Source of the DNA: Eledone cirrhosa
Taxonomy: Eukaryota
Assembly: GCA_964016885.1 (NCBI GenBank)
Contig: CAXHJY010000850.1
Location: 14,052-78,051, forward strand
Direction of reading: 5' to 3'
Length of the DNA: 64,000 nucleotides
In this document: piece by piece, positions 1-13,005 of the stretch
Position numbering within the stretch: position 1 is the first letter of the stretch
How the letters are laid out: each line of letters opens with the position of its first letter
Translations under genes and position numbers: made by a program
The notes under the pieces: generated by a model
Told to the model about the DNA's origin: nothing
Databases searched by the model: none
Seen by the model: the letters and a program-made list of their open reading frames with translations, nothing else

Positions 1-46
1 ATATATATATATATTTATTATATATATATATTATATATATATATAT

Positions 47-78
<32 letters not shown>

Positions 79-326
79 ATATTATATATATATATTATAT
101 ATATATATTATATATATATTATATATATATTATATATATATTATATATACATTATATATGTATATATTATATATATAAATTATATATATATATTATATAT
201 ATATTATATATGTATATATTATATATATATTATATATATATATTATATATATCTTATATATATATTATATATATCTTATATATATCTTATGTATATATTA
301 TATGTATATCTTATATATATTATATG

Positions 327-385
<59 letters not shown>

Positions 386-564
386 ATTATATATATCTTA
401 TATATATATATTATATATATCTTATATATATATATTATATATATCTTATATATATCTTATATATATATTATATACATATATTATATATATAATATATATT
501 ATATATATCTTATATATATCTTATATATATATTATATACATATATTATATATATAATATATATG

Positions 565-623
<59 letters not shown>

Positions 624-695
624 TTATATTATATATATATATATCTTATGTATATATTATATGTATATCTTATATATATTATATGTATATAATAT

Positions 696-762
<67 letters not shown>

Positions 763-949
763 ATTATATATATCTTATATATATATATTATATATATCTT
801 ATATATATATTATATATATCTTATATATATCTTATATATATATTATATACATATATTATATATATAATATATGTATATATATATATATTATATATTTATA
901 TTATATATATAATATATGTATATATATATATATATTATATATTTATATT

Positions 950-1029
<80 letters not shown>

Positions 1030-1035
1030 TATATT
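1..1035. repeat. (TA)n-based microsatellite field
   Basis: Almost pure A/T dinucleotide repeats with TATTA/TATCT variants. Confidence 0.97.
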
Positions 1036-1120
1036 AAACTCTTTTACTCTTTTACTCTTTTACCTGTTTCAGGCATCCGGCTGAGGCCATGCTGGGGCAC
1101 CGACCTTGTTGCTACACATT

Positions 1121-3477
1121 TTATCTCCAGCCTCTATAGGTTGGCCCCTGGTGTAGGAGGGAGTTTGTTGCTGCTGCTCTTAACTTTCCCTCGTGTCTTG
1201 CTGTGGGCTCATCCGGGATCCTGGATAACAAGGTGTCGAGATTTTTCTTAAAGACATCCACCTCCACGTCATGCAAGTCTCGCAGATGCCTCGGCAGCCT
1301 GTTGAAGAGTTGAGGGCCCTTGAATCCCAGGCTATTGCAATACCTGCTCCTTATTCTAGATGTGGAAGACGGGACCTTTGGCACCACACAGTGACGTCCT
1401 GTTCGACGGTTGGTCCAGCTCCCAATGCCAAAGTTTGGTGCTAGTCCCTCCAGGATTTTCCACATGTAGATCACTGCGTATCTCTCCCGTCTTCGCTCCA
1501 AGGAGTAGAGGTTCAGTTCCTTTAGCCTCTCCCAGTAGCTTGTCTCCCTCATCTTGGCAATCCTCTTGGTGTAGCTTCGCTGGATTGCCTCAAGCTCCGT
1601 GGTTAGTTTGACACTATGGGGTGACCACAGCTGGGAGCAGTAGTCCAGGCGGCTTAGGACAAAAGTTCTCCACAGTGTCAACATGGTGTCTCGATCTCTT
1701 GTAAGGAAAGTCCTCAAGATCCAGAAAGCGAATCGTCTACATGTTCTCGCCACCTTCATGATGTGTGAAGAAAAAGATGCATCATCGCTCATGTCTATGC
1801 CCAGGTCTCGTATCGATTTTGACACTATAGTTCTTGGCTTCCGCTCTACTACCTCCTTTATGGATAGGGCATATTGTGCCTTCTTTCAGCTCCCTGGGTA
1901 GTACACCGCTAGCCAAGGAGCTTCTGAAGAGCATCTTCAGTGGAGTTGCTAAGGCCCGCTTACATATTTTTAGGAGAACTGCTGGGAATCCATCAGGTCC
2001 AGCAGCCGAGTCTGTTCTAATTTCATCAATGGCGTACACCACACCCTCCTCCGTTATGTCTATGTGGTTGATGGTTGCCATTTCTTGATGTAGTGTTGTG
2101 GCATCAAAGAACTCCTCTGGCTTCGTTATTTGCATGTGCCTCAGTGGACATGTGAAGACACTTTTGTACTCTTCGTTCAGTATTTCACATATCTCTTGGG
2201 GATTTTCCGTTAATGAACCGTCCGTGTGGAAGAGTGGTCCAATCTTGCAGTGTACTGAGGCAGTTTCTTTTGCAAATTTAAAGAAGGCCTTAGGGTTTGT
2301 TTTAATGTTTTCTATGGCCCTGTTCTCTTTCTTTGCCCTCTCATTCTCATGTGAAAGTTTGAGTGCAATCTCGGTGTCAAGTAGTGCACGTTTCAAATAG
2401 GATTCCTTCTTGTTTTTGTTTTGTTGACTATTCAACTGGTTTGAGAGTTTAGTTCTACGTCTCATAAGGATTTTCCTATCTCTGGGAATAAGATTTTTGT
2501 GTCTGTTTGCCTCTTTCTCCGGGACACACTTTTTGCATATGGTGTGTATCGTTGTCATGAAATGTTGAAATTGTGTGTTAGTGTCTTGTGTGGCGATGTT
2601 TTCACTCCATGTTTGCTTCCGGATTTCACTCTTAATCTTTTTCCAGTTAGCCTTGTAGAAGTTAAGGTTGGATAGCGTCCCGGAGCTTCTTGGTGGTTTT
2701 GTCTCTGTTGGTTCTCTTGGACCACATATCATTAGCTCTACTAAGTTATGATCCGAGAGAATTGTTGGTGTCACCTTTACATTGTGGATGAGCACTTCGT
2801 TGTTTGTAAAACAGAGGTCCAGGACATTTTCGCCTCTTGTTGGGAGGAGTATTGCTTGCTCCATGAACAGCCTGTGTGTGAGGGCCAGCAGGGATTCCGT
2901 CTGTCTCTGTTCTATTGACGTCATTCCAGGGAGGAGGTGGCCCTCAGGCCATTTGACCTTTGATAGGTTGAAGTCTCCCACCAGTAGGATGTTGAGACCC
3001 TGGTCCAGTTTGTCAAGGACCTCTTCTATCCTACTTAGGCTATCCTCAAATTTACCCTCATGACTGGGGGCATCGGGCGGCCGATATGTGACACATATTA
3101 CTCGTCTGTAGTTGCTTCATATGTATTATCAGTGTGTCACAGACTGAGTTTGAATGTGTCAACAGTACAATTGGTGTGACATCTTCACGGATATACAGAG
3201 CAACCCCACCATGAGTTCTCTCCTTCCTGTCCGAACGAAATACAGTATATTTCGGTATATGTATTTCTGCATCTGCTATACTGCTTGTCAGGTGCGTTTC
3301 GGTTAGTGCCATGCATAGTGCTTGATTGCTTATGGCTAAGTCTCCCAGGTAGGAAATTTTACTCATGTTGCTGAGTTTCACCAGGCCCCTGACATTCAGC
3401 AGCAGCACTGGTGTGACTTTTGGGGTGCCAGTAATGGCTGTCGGTATGACACCTGGTCTGGTGTCAGCGGCGGCCAC
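1121..3477 (-). pseudogene. LINE ORF2: APE endonuclease + truncated reverse transcriptase
   Basis: EN motifs LLLNVRGL, LTETHL, RSDR..THGGVALYIR, YRPP (after a frameshift near 3100), GDFN, TRGENVLDL, SDH. RT start AAGPDGFP...CPIHKGGSRAEAKNY is joined at ~1827 directly to SKSIRDLGI; no PQG or YADD motif. Confidence 0.9.
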
Positions 3478-4342
3478 TCTGGGTCCCTTAACTGCGGTGG
3501 TCTCGAGTGCTGGTGTGGATGACCCTGGCTCTGGAGACGATGCAGCCAGGTCAGCTGTCCCACAATCTTCTCTGCCATCACTAAAAAATTTTTCTGATCT
3601 GCTGCTGCCATCTGTATCTCGTCGGCATGTGCGTGCCTTCTCCTTGTTGGTGCAGCACGCGCGACATCAGCATACTTCTGGAGCGGCTTTTTTCGGCTTT
3701 GGCTGGGGCATGTTGCGCGAGTATGATGGGCATAGTTCGTTTGAGACCTAGGGTGGGCGAATCTGCATCCCATCCCTGTCTCTCCATGCCAGCATGTCCC
3801 GTTCTTGAAAAACTTGCACATTACTTGGGGTTTTTTGCTCCCAGTGTCTCGGTGCTTTCTGTTCTTTCTTTGAACAGTTGTCCACTGGTCCCTCTGCGCT
3901 TGGTTCTCCTTCGGAAGGTGATTTCGCTTTTCACCCTTGCCCTTAGCTTGTTGGTTGCCCGACCTGCTCTCCCTGCCTGTGGCGGAGGGTATATCATTTT
4001 CTTTCAGGTCCGTGCTTGTGCTCTCCTCCTTTTCTTTTTCCTTTTCCTCTTCCTTTTCCCTCTCCTTCTCCTCATCCCTCCCTTCGGTTTCTCCTCCCTG
4101 AGGACACGGCTTAGCATCGCCATATGAGGCGCTATGAGGACATACGCCTTCTCAATTTCTTTTCTCTTTCTCTCTATCTGTGCCAGGGTCCTCAGAAACC
4201 CATGGCTCTTCAGGTTCTCCGCCATCTTTTTGCTTGGTGGAGACCCATCAGCCATGGTCCACCCCTTGATCAAAACCGCTAGTTCCATCTTTGACCATTT
4301 TCGTTGACTCCTGATTTCACATTTTTCCTGCATGCAGTCCAT
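3396..4342 (-). pseudogene. LINE ORF1 (frameshifted near 4085): Myb/SANT-trihelix-like N-terminus, E/K-rich linker, CCCH zinc finger
   Basis: KWSKMELAVLIKGW...KKMAENLKSHGFLRTLAQIERKRKEI in ORF 4004-4342. A shifted frame is open from ~4080 (DEEKEREKEEEKEKEKEESTSTDL...) into CKFFKNGTCWHGETGMGCRFAHP (ORF 3396-3821). Confidence 0.7.
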
Positions 4343-4542
4343 TTCGCTGTGGAGGGGAGAAAGAGAGACAGTGGGAAGTGTAGGGTAGTGGTTAGAGAGG
4401 GACAGGGTGAGGGAGGGAGATAGAGATATAACTCCAGCGAGAAAAAGAAACAGAAGAAAAGAAAAGAAAAGGGGGAGACAGAAGAGGGGAGCGAGAGAGA
4501 TAGCGGGAAGAGTGGGGGGGGGGAGGTCAGAAGGAGAGAGAG

Positions 4543-4591
<49 letters not shown>

Positions 4592-4627
4592 CGTTGATCT
4601 AGAGAGAGGGAGAAAGAGAGCTCGTTG

Positions 4628-4670
<43 letters not shown>

Positions 4671-5563
4671 GGAAGGAGAGAGATAGAGACAGCGTGAGCA
4701 ACAGCAGTTCATAAATATAAAAATAAATTTTTTTTTTTAAATTTAAATTAATGAATGGAAGAAACCGGAAACATAGAGAGATAGAAACACGATGTAAGTT
4801 GTATATATAAGCTGAATGTAAATGTTTGTTTACAAATATACGAAGTTATTGTAATATCAGCATATCATACAAGAAACAACGAAATCGGGTCAAATACAGA
4901 TAAGATTATACCAAATCAAACAAGATTATATCAAATTAAATTATGTTACTCAGAAAAATCAAAATTAATACAAGATCTGCTTAAGTTAAACCAAAATGCT
5001 CTGTATGGCAGTCAAGAAAAATAGAAAGCACGTGTGTGTGTTGTCTCCTATGAAGGAATCATACAGTGAAAATAAACATGTTCAAAACGGTAATATATGT
5101 AAAATATACTTCAAAATAATTGCGTCAAAGCACAAAAACTTATCTTTTTTGTATGTTTTCCTTGTCCTCTGAAGAATTAAAACCATACATAAATCCGATT
5201 ACTGTCGATTTAAAATATTAAAATTTCAAATCTGGAGAGACGACAATTCACGTCTTATACCAACAAGTGCCAAGCCTATATATTATATATATATATTATA
5301 TATATATTTATATATAATATATATATATAATATATGTATATATATATATTATATATATATTTATACATATATATTATATATATATTATATATATATTTAT
5401 ATATATATATTAAAATATATATTATATTTATATTTATATATATATATTAAATATATATTATATTTATATATATATATATATTATATATGTATATATTATA
5501 TATATTAAATATATATATATATATTATATATATTTTATATGTATATATGATATATATATATAT

Positions 5564-5607
<44 letters not shown>

Positions 5608-5928
5608 ATGTATATATTATATATATATTATATATGTATATATTATATATATATTATATATGTATATATTATATATATATTATATATATATATGTATATA
5701 TTATATATATATTATATATGTATATATTATATATATATTATATATATATATTATATATATTATATATATATTATATATGAATAATATATATATATATTAT
5801 ATATATATTATATATATATATTATATATATTATATATATATTATATATATATATTATATATATATATTATATATATATATTATATATATATTATATATGT
5901 ATATATTATATATATATATTATATATAT

Positions 5929-6150
5929 ATATTTATTAAAATAACAGATTAAAGTTTAAGTAAAGAATCGCTGCTTTCACCCTTAACGGGATCTTCTGAG
6001 TTTCAGAAGACCCCGTTAAGGGTGAAAGCAGCGATTCTTTGCTTAAACTTTAATCTGTTATTTTAATAAATATTTGCTCTACGGTTCTTATATATTTGAT
6101 ATATATTTATCCTTATCGAGCCCTCTTTGGATTTTAGTCTTCAATTTTAT
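5929..6150. repeat. Fold-back palindrome (~70-bp arms) with degenerate hammerhead-like core; probable Penelope pLTR remnant
   Basis: 5929-5999 is the reverse complement of 6003-6073 (2 mismatches). Each arm reads CAGAAGA-Y-CCC-GTTAA-GGG-T-GAAAG. Confidence 0.75.
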
Positions 6151-6621
6151 TATTATTACTATTATATATATATATTATATATATATATATATTATATATA
6201 TATTATATATGTATATATTATATATATATATAATATATATATTATATATGTATATATTATATATATATATATTATATATATATTATATATATATTATATA
6301 TATATATTATATATATATATATTATATATATATATTATATATATATTATATATATATATATATTATATATTATATATGTATATATTATATATATATTATA
6401 TATATATTATATATATATTATATATATGTATTATATATGTATATATTATATATATATTTATATATATATATTATATATATATATTATATATATATAATAT
6501 ATAATATATATATATATTATATATATATAATATATATATATATTATATATATATATTATATATTTAATATATATATATTATATATATAATATATATTATA
6601 TATATAATATATATCTATATA

Positions 6622-6667
<46 letters not shown>

Positions 6668-7135
6668 ATATATAATATATATACATAATATATATATATT
6701 ATATATATATATATTATATATATATATATTATATATATATATATTATATATATATATATTATATAAATATAATATATATCTATATAATATATATATATAT
6801 ATATAATATATAATATATATACATAATATATAATATATATATATATATACAATATATAATATATATATATATATATATAATATATAATATATATATATAT
6901 ATATAATATATATACATAATATATATAATATATATATAATATATAATATATGTATATATATATATATATAATATATATCTATATATAATATATATATAAT
7001 ATATATCTATATATAATATATATATAATATATATATAATATATATCTATATATAATATATATATAATATATATATATAATATATATATAATATATATATA
7101 TATAACATATATATATATATATTATATATATATAT

Positions 7136-7173
<38 letters not shown>

Positions 7174-7177
7174 TATA

Positions 7178-7217
<40 letters not shown>

Positions 7218-7358
7218 TATATATATATTATATATAATATATATTATATATATATATTATATATTATATATATATATATATATATAATATATATATATAT
7301 ATTATATATATATATATTATATATATATATTATATATTATATATATATTATATATAGA

Positions 7359-7397
<39 letters not shown>

Positions 7398-7505
7398 TAT
7401 ATATATATTATATATAGATATATATTATATATATATATACATATATTATATATTATTTATATATTATATATATTATGTATATATATTATATATTATATAT
7501 ATATA

Positions 7506-7539
<34 letters not shown>

Positions 7540-7663
7540 CATATATTATATATATATATATATTATATATATATATATAATATAGATATAAATTATATTT
7601 ATATAATATATATATATAATATAGATATATAATATATATATATTATGTATATATATTATATAT

Positions 7664-7695
<32 letters not shown>

Positions 7696-7711
7696 ATATA
7701 TTATATATATA

Positions 7712-7768
<57 letters not shown>

Positions 7769-7893
7769 ATATATTATATATATATATATATTATATATAT
7801 ATATATATATTATATATATATATATATTATATATATATATATATTATATAGATATATATTATATTTATATAATATATATATATAATATATATG

Positions 7894-7935
<42 letters not shown>

Positions 7936-7940
<5 letters not shown>

Positions 7941-8012
7941 TCGTTGGCCTATTGGTAGGTGTTAAAGATGTCAAAGATCTTGGTCCCGAGTTCAATCTTG
8001 CCCAGGCACTAC
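7936..8012 (+). mobile_element. tRNA-derived SINE head / tRNA-like pseudogene
   Basis: A-box-like TGGCCTATTGG and B-box-like GAGTTCAATC at tRNA-like spacing; no convincing cloverleaf. Confidence 0.45.
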
Positions 8013-8013
8013 A

Positions 8014-8048
<35 letters not shown>

Positions 8049-8229
8049 CTTAGGTGCGTGGCTGAGTGGTAAGAGAATAGAATTCACAATCGTGTGGTTG
8101 TAAGGTCGATGCGTTATGTCCTACTGGAGTTGCGACCGATAGAAAGTATTAGCAGATGGAAAGACCAACGGAAACATCGCTCCCTCGGTCCGATTTGACG
8201 AAAGTCGATCAACTGTATATATATATATA

Positions 8230-8396
8230 TTTTTTTTTATTTTATAGAAGGAGCTTCTACAGGACTAGTACTGTTTCATTCAGATGAAATCTTCAGGAAG
8301 ATTTCATCTGAAGATTTCCTGAAGATTTCCTGAAGATTTCATCTGAATGAAACAGTACTAGTCCTGTAGAAGCTCCTTCTATAAAATAAAAAAAAT
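8230..8396. repeat. Fold-back palindrome (~67-bp arms) carrying CTGAAGA...GAAAC hammerhead-like cores; Penelope pLTR remnant
   Basis: 8230-8297 is the reverse complement of 8328-8396. The spacer holds CTGAAGATTTC x3. Related to 25995-26055. Confidence 0.8.
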
Positions 8397-8460
8397 TTAC
8401 TCTGCCATGTATTGAGTACCTTACTTACTGTGGTTATCCCCGACTCAACCCGGGACCTAC

Positions 8461-8497
<37 letters not shown>

Positions 8498-8760
8498 TGG
8501 TGTTTTAAATAAACATGTTTTAACTGTTTGTTCTCCTTCATAGATTTCTTCACGTATATATATATATATATATATATATATACGTATGTATGCATATACA
8601 TATATCATATTTATATGTTTATTAATATATATATATTAATATATATTTGTTTATATATATATGTATATTTATACACATATGTATATTTATACACAGATGT
8701 ATATTTATACACAGATGTATATTTATATATGTATATGCGTATATTTGTATATACACATGT

Positions 8761-8867
<107 letters not shown>

Positions 8868-9127
8868 GACATTCATTATGTAGACATAACTCACTCTCAG
8901 TCAACTGTCACACGAAAGAGCGACGCATCATTGATGAAGTTACTTCTTTATATTTGAAAGAAAGGAAAAAAATTGTTTTGTGTTACCTTGTCATAATCGA
9001 TTACCAGTGATTGTCTACCTACCTACCTATCTATACATCTACCTACCGATCTATGTATGTACCTATCTATCTATGTATTTGTCTGTCAATCCATCTACCT
9101 ATCTATCTCCCTACCTATCTATCTATC

Positions 9128-9515
9128 TTTTTTTCAAATACCACTTTGGAAGAAGAATCAGGATGGAGAGAGAGGTGCTGTGCCCCAGCAAGTTTTATGA
9201 AAAGTGGGTGAAAGTAGCGAGAATGGCCGGAGTTAATGGGCCTTCTCTCTATATGAGCCTGTAGGTTGAGGAAAAGGAGGAGGAGAGGAAAGGAGTACAA
9301 ACTCTTCGTACTCCTGGAGATGAGGGTTGCACATTTTTTCGGGGGTATGTGTTACCCATATGAACTGTCTACCACTATTGGGGAAAATCGACTAATTTAT
9401 TAAATTGCATTTGTGATAGTATTTTACACGTTTTTATTGTATGTAAACTTCCCCCTTTGTATTTGTCCCCTTCTTTTGTGCCCCTGTGGCTAATAAAGAA
9501 ACATATCTATCTATC
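9128..9515 (+). mobile_element. 5'-truncated L1/Tx1-like LINE 3' end
   Basis: ORF2-like end FFKYHFGRRIRMEREVLCPSKFYEKWVKVARMAGVNGPSLYMSL*, 3'UTR, AATAAA, (ATCT)n on both sides; near-identical copy at 49677-50122. Confidence 0.7.
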
Positions 9516-10117
9516 TCTCTATATATATACACACCTACCTACATACTTCTATTCATCTATCTACACACATCCACACACATACATACACACACATATATGT
9601 TATTATAATTCAATTTGAATAACGACCTAGGTGAGGGGAAAATGGTGAGAGACTGAGACAAGTATGGTATAAGATTCTCTCTCTCTCACCCTCTTCTGTC
9701 AACCGTAATTACATTTCTTTCTCATTCCACCTCCCTCAATAGCTTTACCTTTAGTCTGTCTACTTAAACATTGATTAGACAACATTTATTTTAAGATGAA
9801 GAAATAGAACTGATTGTCTTATCACATCAGTCGGTGTCGAATTTCAAAGTCATTGATATGCTGTGATAAATATCACGAATATTTACCCAACAGTCACGGG
9901 TTTTTATGAAAAGTGTCATAGCTATCCTTGTCTCTCTTCACTAACGAAAGAAGAACAAAATAAACAAAACTTAAATACACAAACGTTAACAATCTATTGT
10001 ATCGATAGTCGATCAACAAGATCACAGACATCATTCGCTCAACGAGTGGGGTGGAGCTCGTCAGATAGGACAGGACAATGTTTCCATTGTTAATACTATC
10101 TGTCGGCCGCAGCTCCC

Positions 10118-10232
10118 GGCAGACGGAGCAACGTGAAATAAAGTGTCTTGCTCAAGGACATAACGCATCACCCTGTCTAGGAATCGAAATTGCGAATTCA
10201 ATTCTCTAACCATTCAGCCACGCGCCTTCACG
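10118..10232 (-). mobile_element. SINE family B fragment (tRNA head + central domain)
   Basis: GGAGCAACGTGAAATAAAGTGTCTTGCTCAAGGACA...CAGCCACGCGCCT; homologous to 16826-17095. Confidence 0.7.
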
Positions 10233-10696
10233 AATCTACCATATGAGACTAAGATATCATCATTTGATATCTTATAATATATAGACAGTGTGATAAAAGG
10301 CACGAATATTTACTTAACATTTTCTGGAAAAGTGTCTTAATTATTGTAGCTATCCTCACTAAGCCACACACCCCTCTCCCAACATATGAGGTTAGGTTTT
10401 TAAGGATATGATATACATCAATTGATATATTATCCCATGCAGACTGTATGATAAATAGCGAGAATACTTGCCCAAGAATTCCGGGGTTTTTATGAAAATG
10501 TTTCATAGTTATTGTAGCTGTCATCACTAAGACAAATTCCCCCTCCCAAACATTTAGGGATATAATATATATCAATCGGTATATTATCCCACACAGACCG
10601 TGTGATAAATATCAAATATCCACCAGTCAAATTTTTTTTAATAAAAAGTGTCATAGTTATCGGTGTCTCTCCTCACTAAGCCAAACAACAAAACCA

Positions 10697-10999
10697 AATA
10701 ATTGTTGCTACTTTTGGCACAAGGCCAGCAATTACTCCAGTGCATTACTGGTACTTTATGTTATCGACCCCGAAAGGATGAAAGGCAAAGTTAACCTCGG
10801 CGGGATTTGAACATTTCCAAATAATTGTTTCTACTTTAGGCACAAGGCCAGCAATTACCCAGTACATTACTGGTACTTTATTTTATCGACCCCGTAAGGA
10901 TGAAAGGCAAAGTTAACCTCGGCGGGATTTGAACTCAGACTGTAAAGGGATGTAACTATGCTAGAAAGCATGGCGTCCAGCCCTCTACCGATACTGCCA
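10697..10999 (-). mobile_element. Two tandem copies (one partial) of SINE family A
   Basis: CTACTTTAGGCACAAGGCCAGCAAT...TACTGGTACTTTATTTTATCGACCCCGTAAGGATGAAAGGCAAAGTTAACCTCGGCGGGATTTGAAC occurs twice. Confidence 0.88.
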
Positions 11000-11239
11000 T
11001 GAAGCTAAATACAGTATGGGGATAACATTTAGTGATATAATATTGATCAATTTATATGTTTAATCGTGTAATAAATAGCGCAAATATTTATCCAAATATT
11101 TATCCAAATATTTATCCAAATATTTATCCAAAAGTCTCGGTTTTTTTTTTCTTCTGAAAAGTGTCATAGATATCTTTGTTTCTCCTTCACTAAGTAAAAA
11201 AACAAACAAAACAAATTGAAAAGAAGCTAAATGATACAT

Positions 11240-11600
11240 ATCTTCTTCTTGTCGTGTCCACAAGAGTGTCAGTTACAAAGTTTGGCTAGATGTGTACTAC
11301 AGCTGAACACATTGCTGGTTTTTTTCATTAAACTCTCCCAAGTCTAATGCTGTGCAGGGGTGTTCCAGCTGGGGACATGTCAGGAGGTGCTGCATAGACT
11401 CTGGTTCGATGCCACAGTCACACACAACGACGCCATCCTTTAAATATCCCCATTTTGCAAGAGTGACTTTTGCACGTGCAACACCAGATCTTAGTCCATT
11501 TAGGCATTTACACACTGCATAGTTTGTATCTGCTCCAGGGGGATGTGCCTCACTTGCCTTTCGCTCCATTGTTGTTACTGATGGGAGGTTGTTAATTTTT
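11240..11600 (-). mobile_element. 5'-truncated Ingi/Vingi-like LINE 3' end
   Basis: CLNGLRSGVARAKVTLAKWGY...CDCGIEPESMQHLLTCP C-terminal zinc-finger motif; 3' end GGACACGAC(AAG)n. Confidence 0.7.
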
Positions 11601-12257
11601 TCTTCGCAGTCAAGATAGGAGTTTCCATGCTGTGGCCTGGGAGTATCGATAAGATCGAGAAGATATTGCTAATCCTATCACCACCATAAGCAACAGTTAG
11701 TTATACATGAAGCTAAATTTAGAGATATAACATTTATCAACTGATATGCTATTCCATACAGACCGTATCATAAACAAGGCGAATATTTACTCAAGTGTCT
11801 TGGGTTTTTATTAAGAATAACAGAAAAACCTAGCATGTGTAGTGTGCATATTGATATATGTTTATATGATATGTCAAATAAAATCGTATTGGAGAATATG
11901 CACAGGAATTGAAGAGAGAGACTGTGTTACACTCTCTTCCGTAATCAGTAATGTAATCCATGATACATTCAAAAAAGACGATATTATATATAAACTGCAT
12001 TACGGTGAAATGTAATGAAAACGAAAAAGGAGAGAATTAGCGACGGAAATATAAACTTAATATAAAGATGCAAATATATGAACATTTATATATAAGCGAT
12101 GTGATATAGCGTGATATAACCGGAAGTATTGACATTTGGAAATTTTAAAAGACGTGAATCTTGAAATAAGCAATAACATTATTTATATTTAATCAAGAGT
12201 TATGAAATTTAGTACATAAATTATGTAATATTCATTCATTATTTATTCAAAGTAATT

Positions 12258-12448
12258 AGGGCGGTGAATTGGCAGTATCGGTAGAGGGTTGGACGCCATG
12301 CTTTCTAGCATAGTTACGTCCCTTTATAGTCTGAGTTCAAATGCCGCCGAGGTTAACTTTGCCTTTCATCCTTACGGGGTCGATAAAATAAAGTACCAGT
12401 AATGTACTGGATAATTGCTGGCCTTGTGCTTAAACTAGAAACAATTAT
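12258..12448 (+). mobile_element. SINE family A, full length (tRNA-derived head, conserved central domain, ATT tail)
   Basis: GGCGGTGAATTGGCAGTATCGGTAG (A box) ... GAGTTCAAAT (B box) ... GCCTTTCATCCTTACGGGGTCGATAAAATAAAGTACCAG; about 12 copies in the window. Confidence 0.9.
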
Positions 12449-13005
12449 TTATTCAAAGTTTTTACAAACAGGATAAAAAAATATATTCAGGACACAGTCC
12501 CGCACTCCTCCCTTTATTATATTATGATTGCCATAGGTATTGTTTCTTCTCACTGGGCCAAAAGAACAAAAGATAACGAAGTAGTTAAGAAGCTGAATTT
12601 TAGGGATATAATATTCATTAATGTCTTGTTCATCATATTGACCGGGACCATGAGGCGGACTGACCCTTAAGGTTCATTTAGGATTGTGGCATGCGTATTT
12701 TATTTACTCTCATATGCATATATATGTTCGAACATACATGAATAAATACATACATGAATATGTACAAACATACATGAATAAATACATACATACATGAATA
12801 AATAAATACATCCATACATGAATAAATACATAAGTACATACATACATACATGCATACATAAATATATACGTACATACATACATGAATAAATACATACGTA
12901 CATACATACATACATATATACATGAATAAATAAATACATACATGAATAAATACGTACGTACATACATACATAAATAAATGCATGCATACATAAATACATA
13001 CATGC

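Larger units (their letters stand above)
1038..4710 (-). mobile_element. Non-LTR retrotransposon (CR1-group, Proto2-like), near full length, RT core deleted
   Basis: Minus strand order: (CT)-rich 5' region, ORF1, APE endonuclease, RT N-terminus, RT C-terminus (RDLG...LSRLDYCSQLWSP...LYSLERRRERY...GPQLFNRLP...FKKNLDTLLSRIPDEP), then 3' end GGTGCCCCAGCATGGCC..TGAAACAG plus (TAAAAGAG)n tail at 1038-1063. The 5' boundary is approximate and the clade call is from motif recall. Confidence 0.9.
5277..8045. repeat. (TA)n microsatellite field with small embedded elements
   Basis: TA/TATTA/TATAA repeats. Confidence 0.95.
9850..12645. repeat. Old degenerate ~150-bp tandem repeat interrupted by SINE/LINE insertions
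   Basis: Recurrent motifs TGATAAATA..GAATATTTACCCAA..GGTTTTTATGAAAAGTGTCATAG..TCACTAAG..TTTAGGGATATAA at ~9860, 10285, 10445, 10600, 11065, 11760, 12470. Confidence 0.6.

Noticed and set aside
7936-8110. Functional tRNA genes
   Set aside because: A/B boxes are present but the acceptor and anticodon stems do not pair; these are SINE heads.
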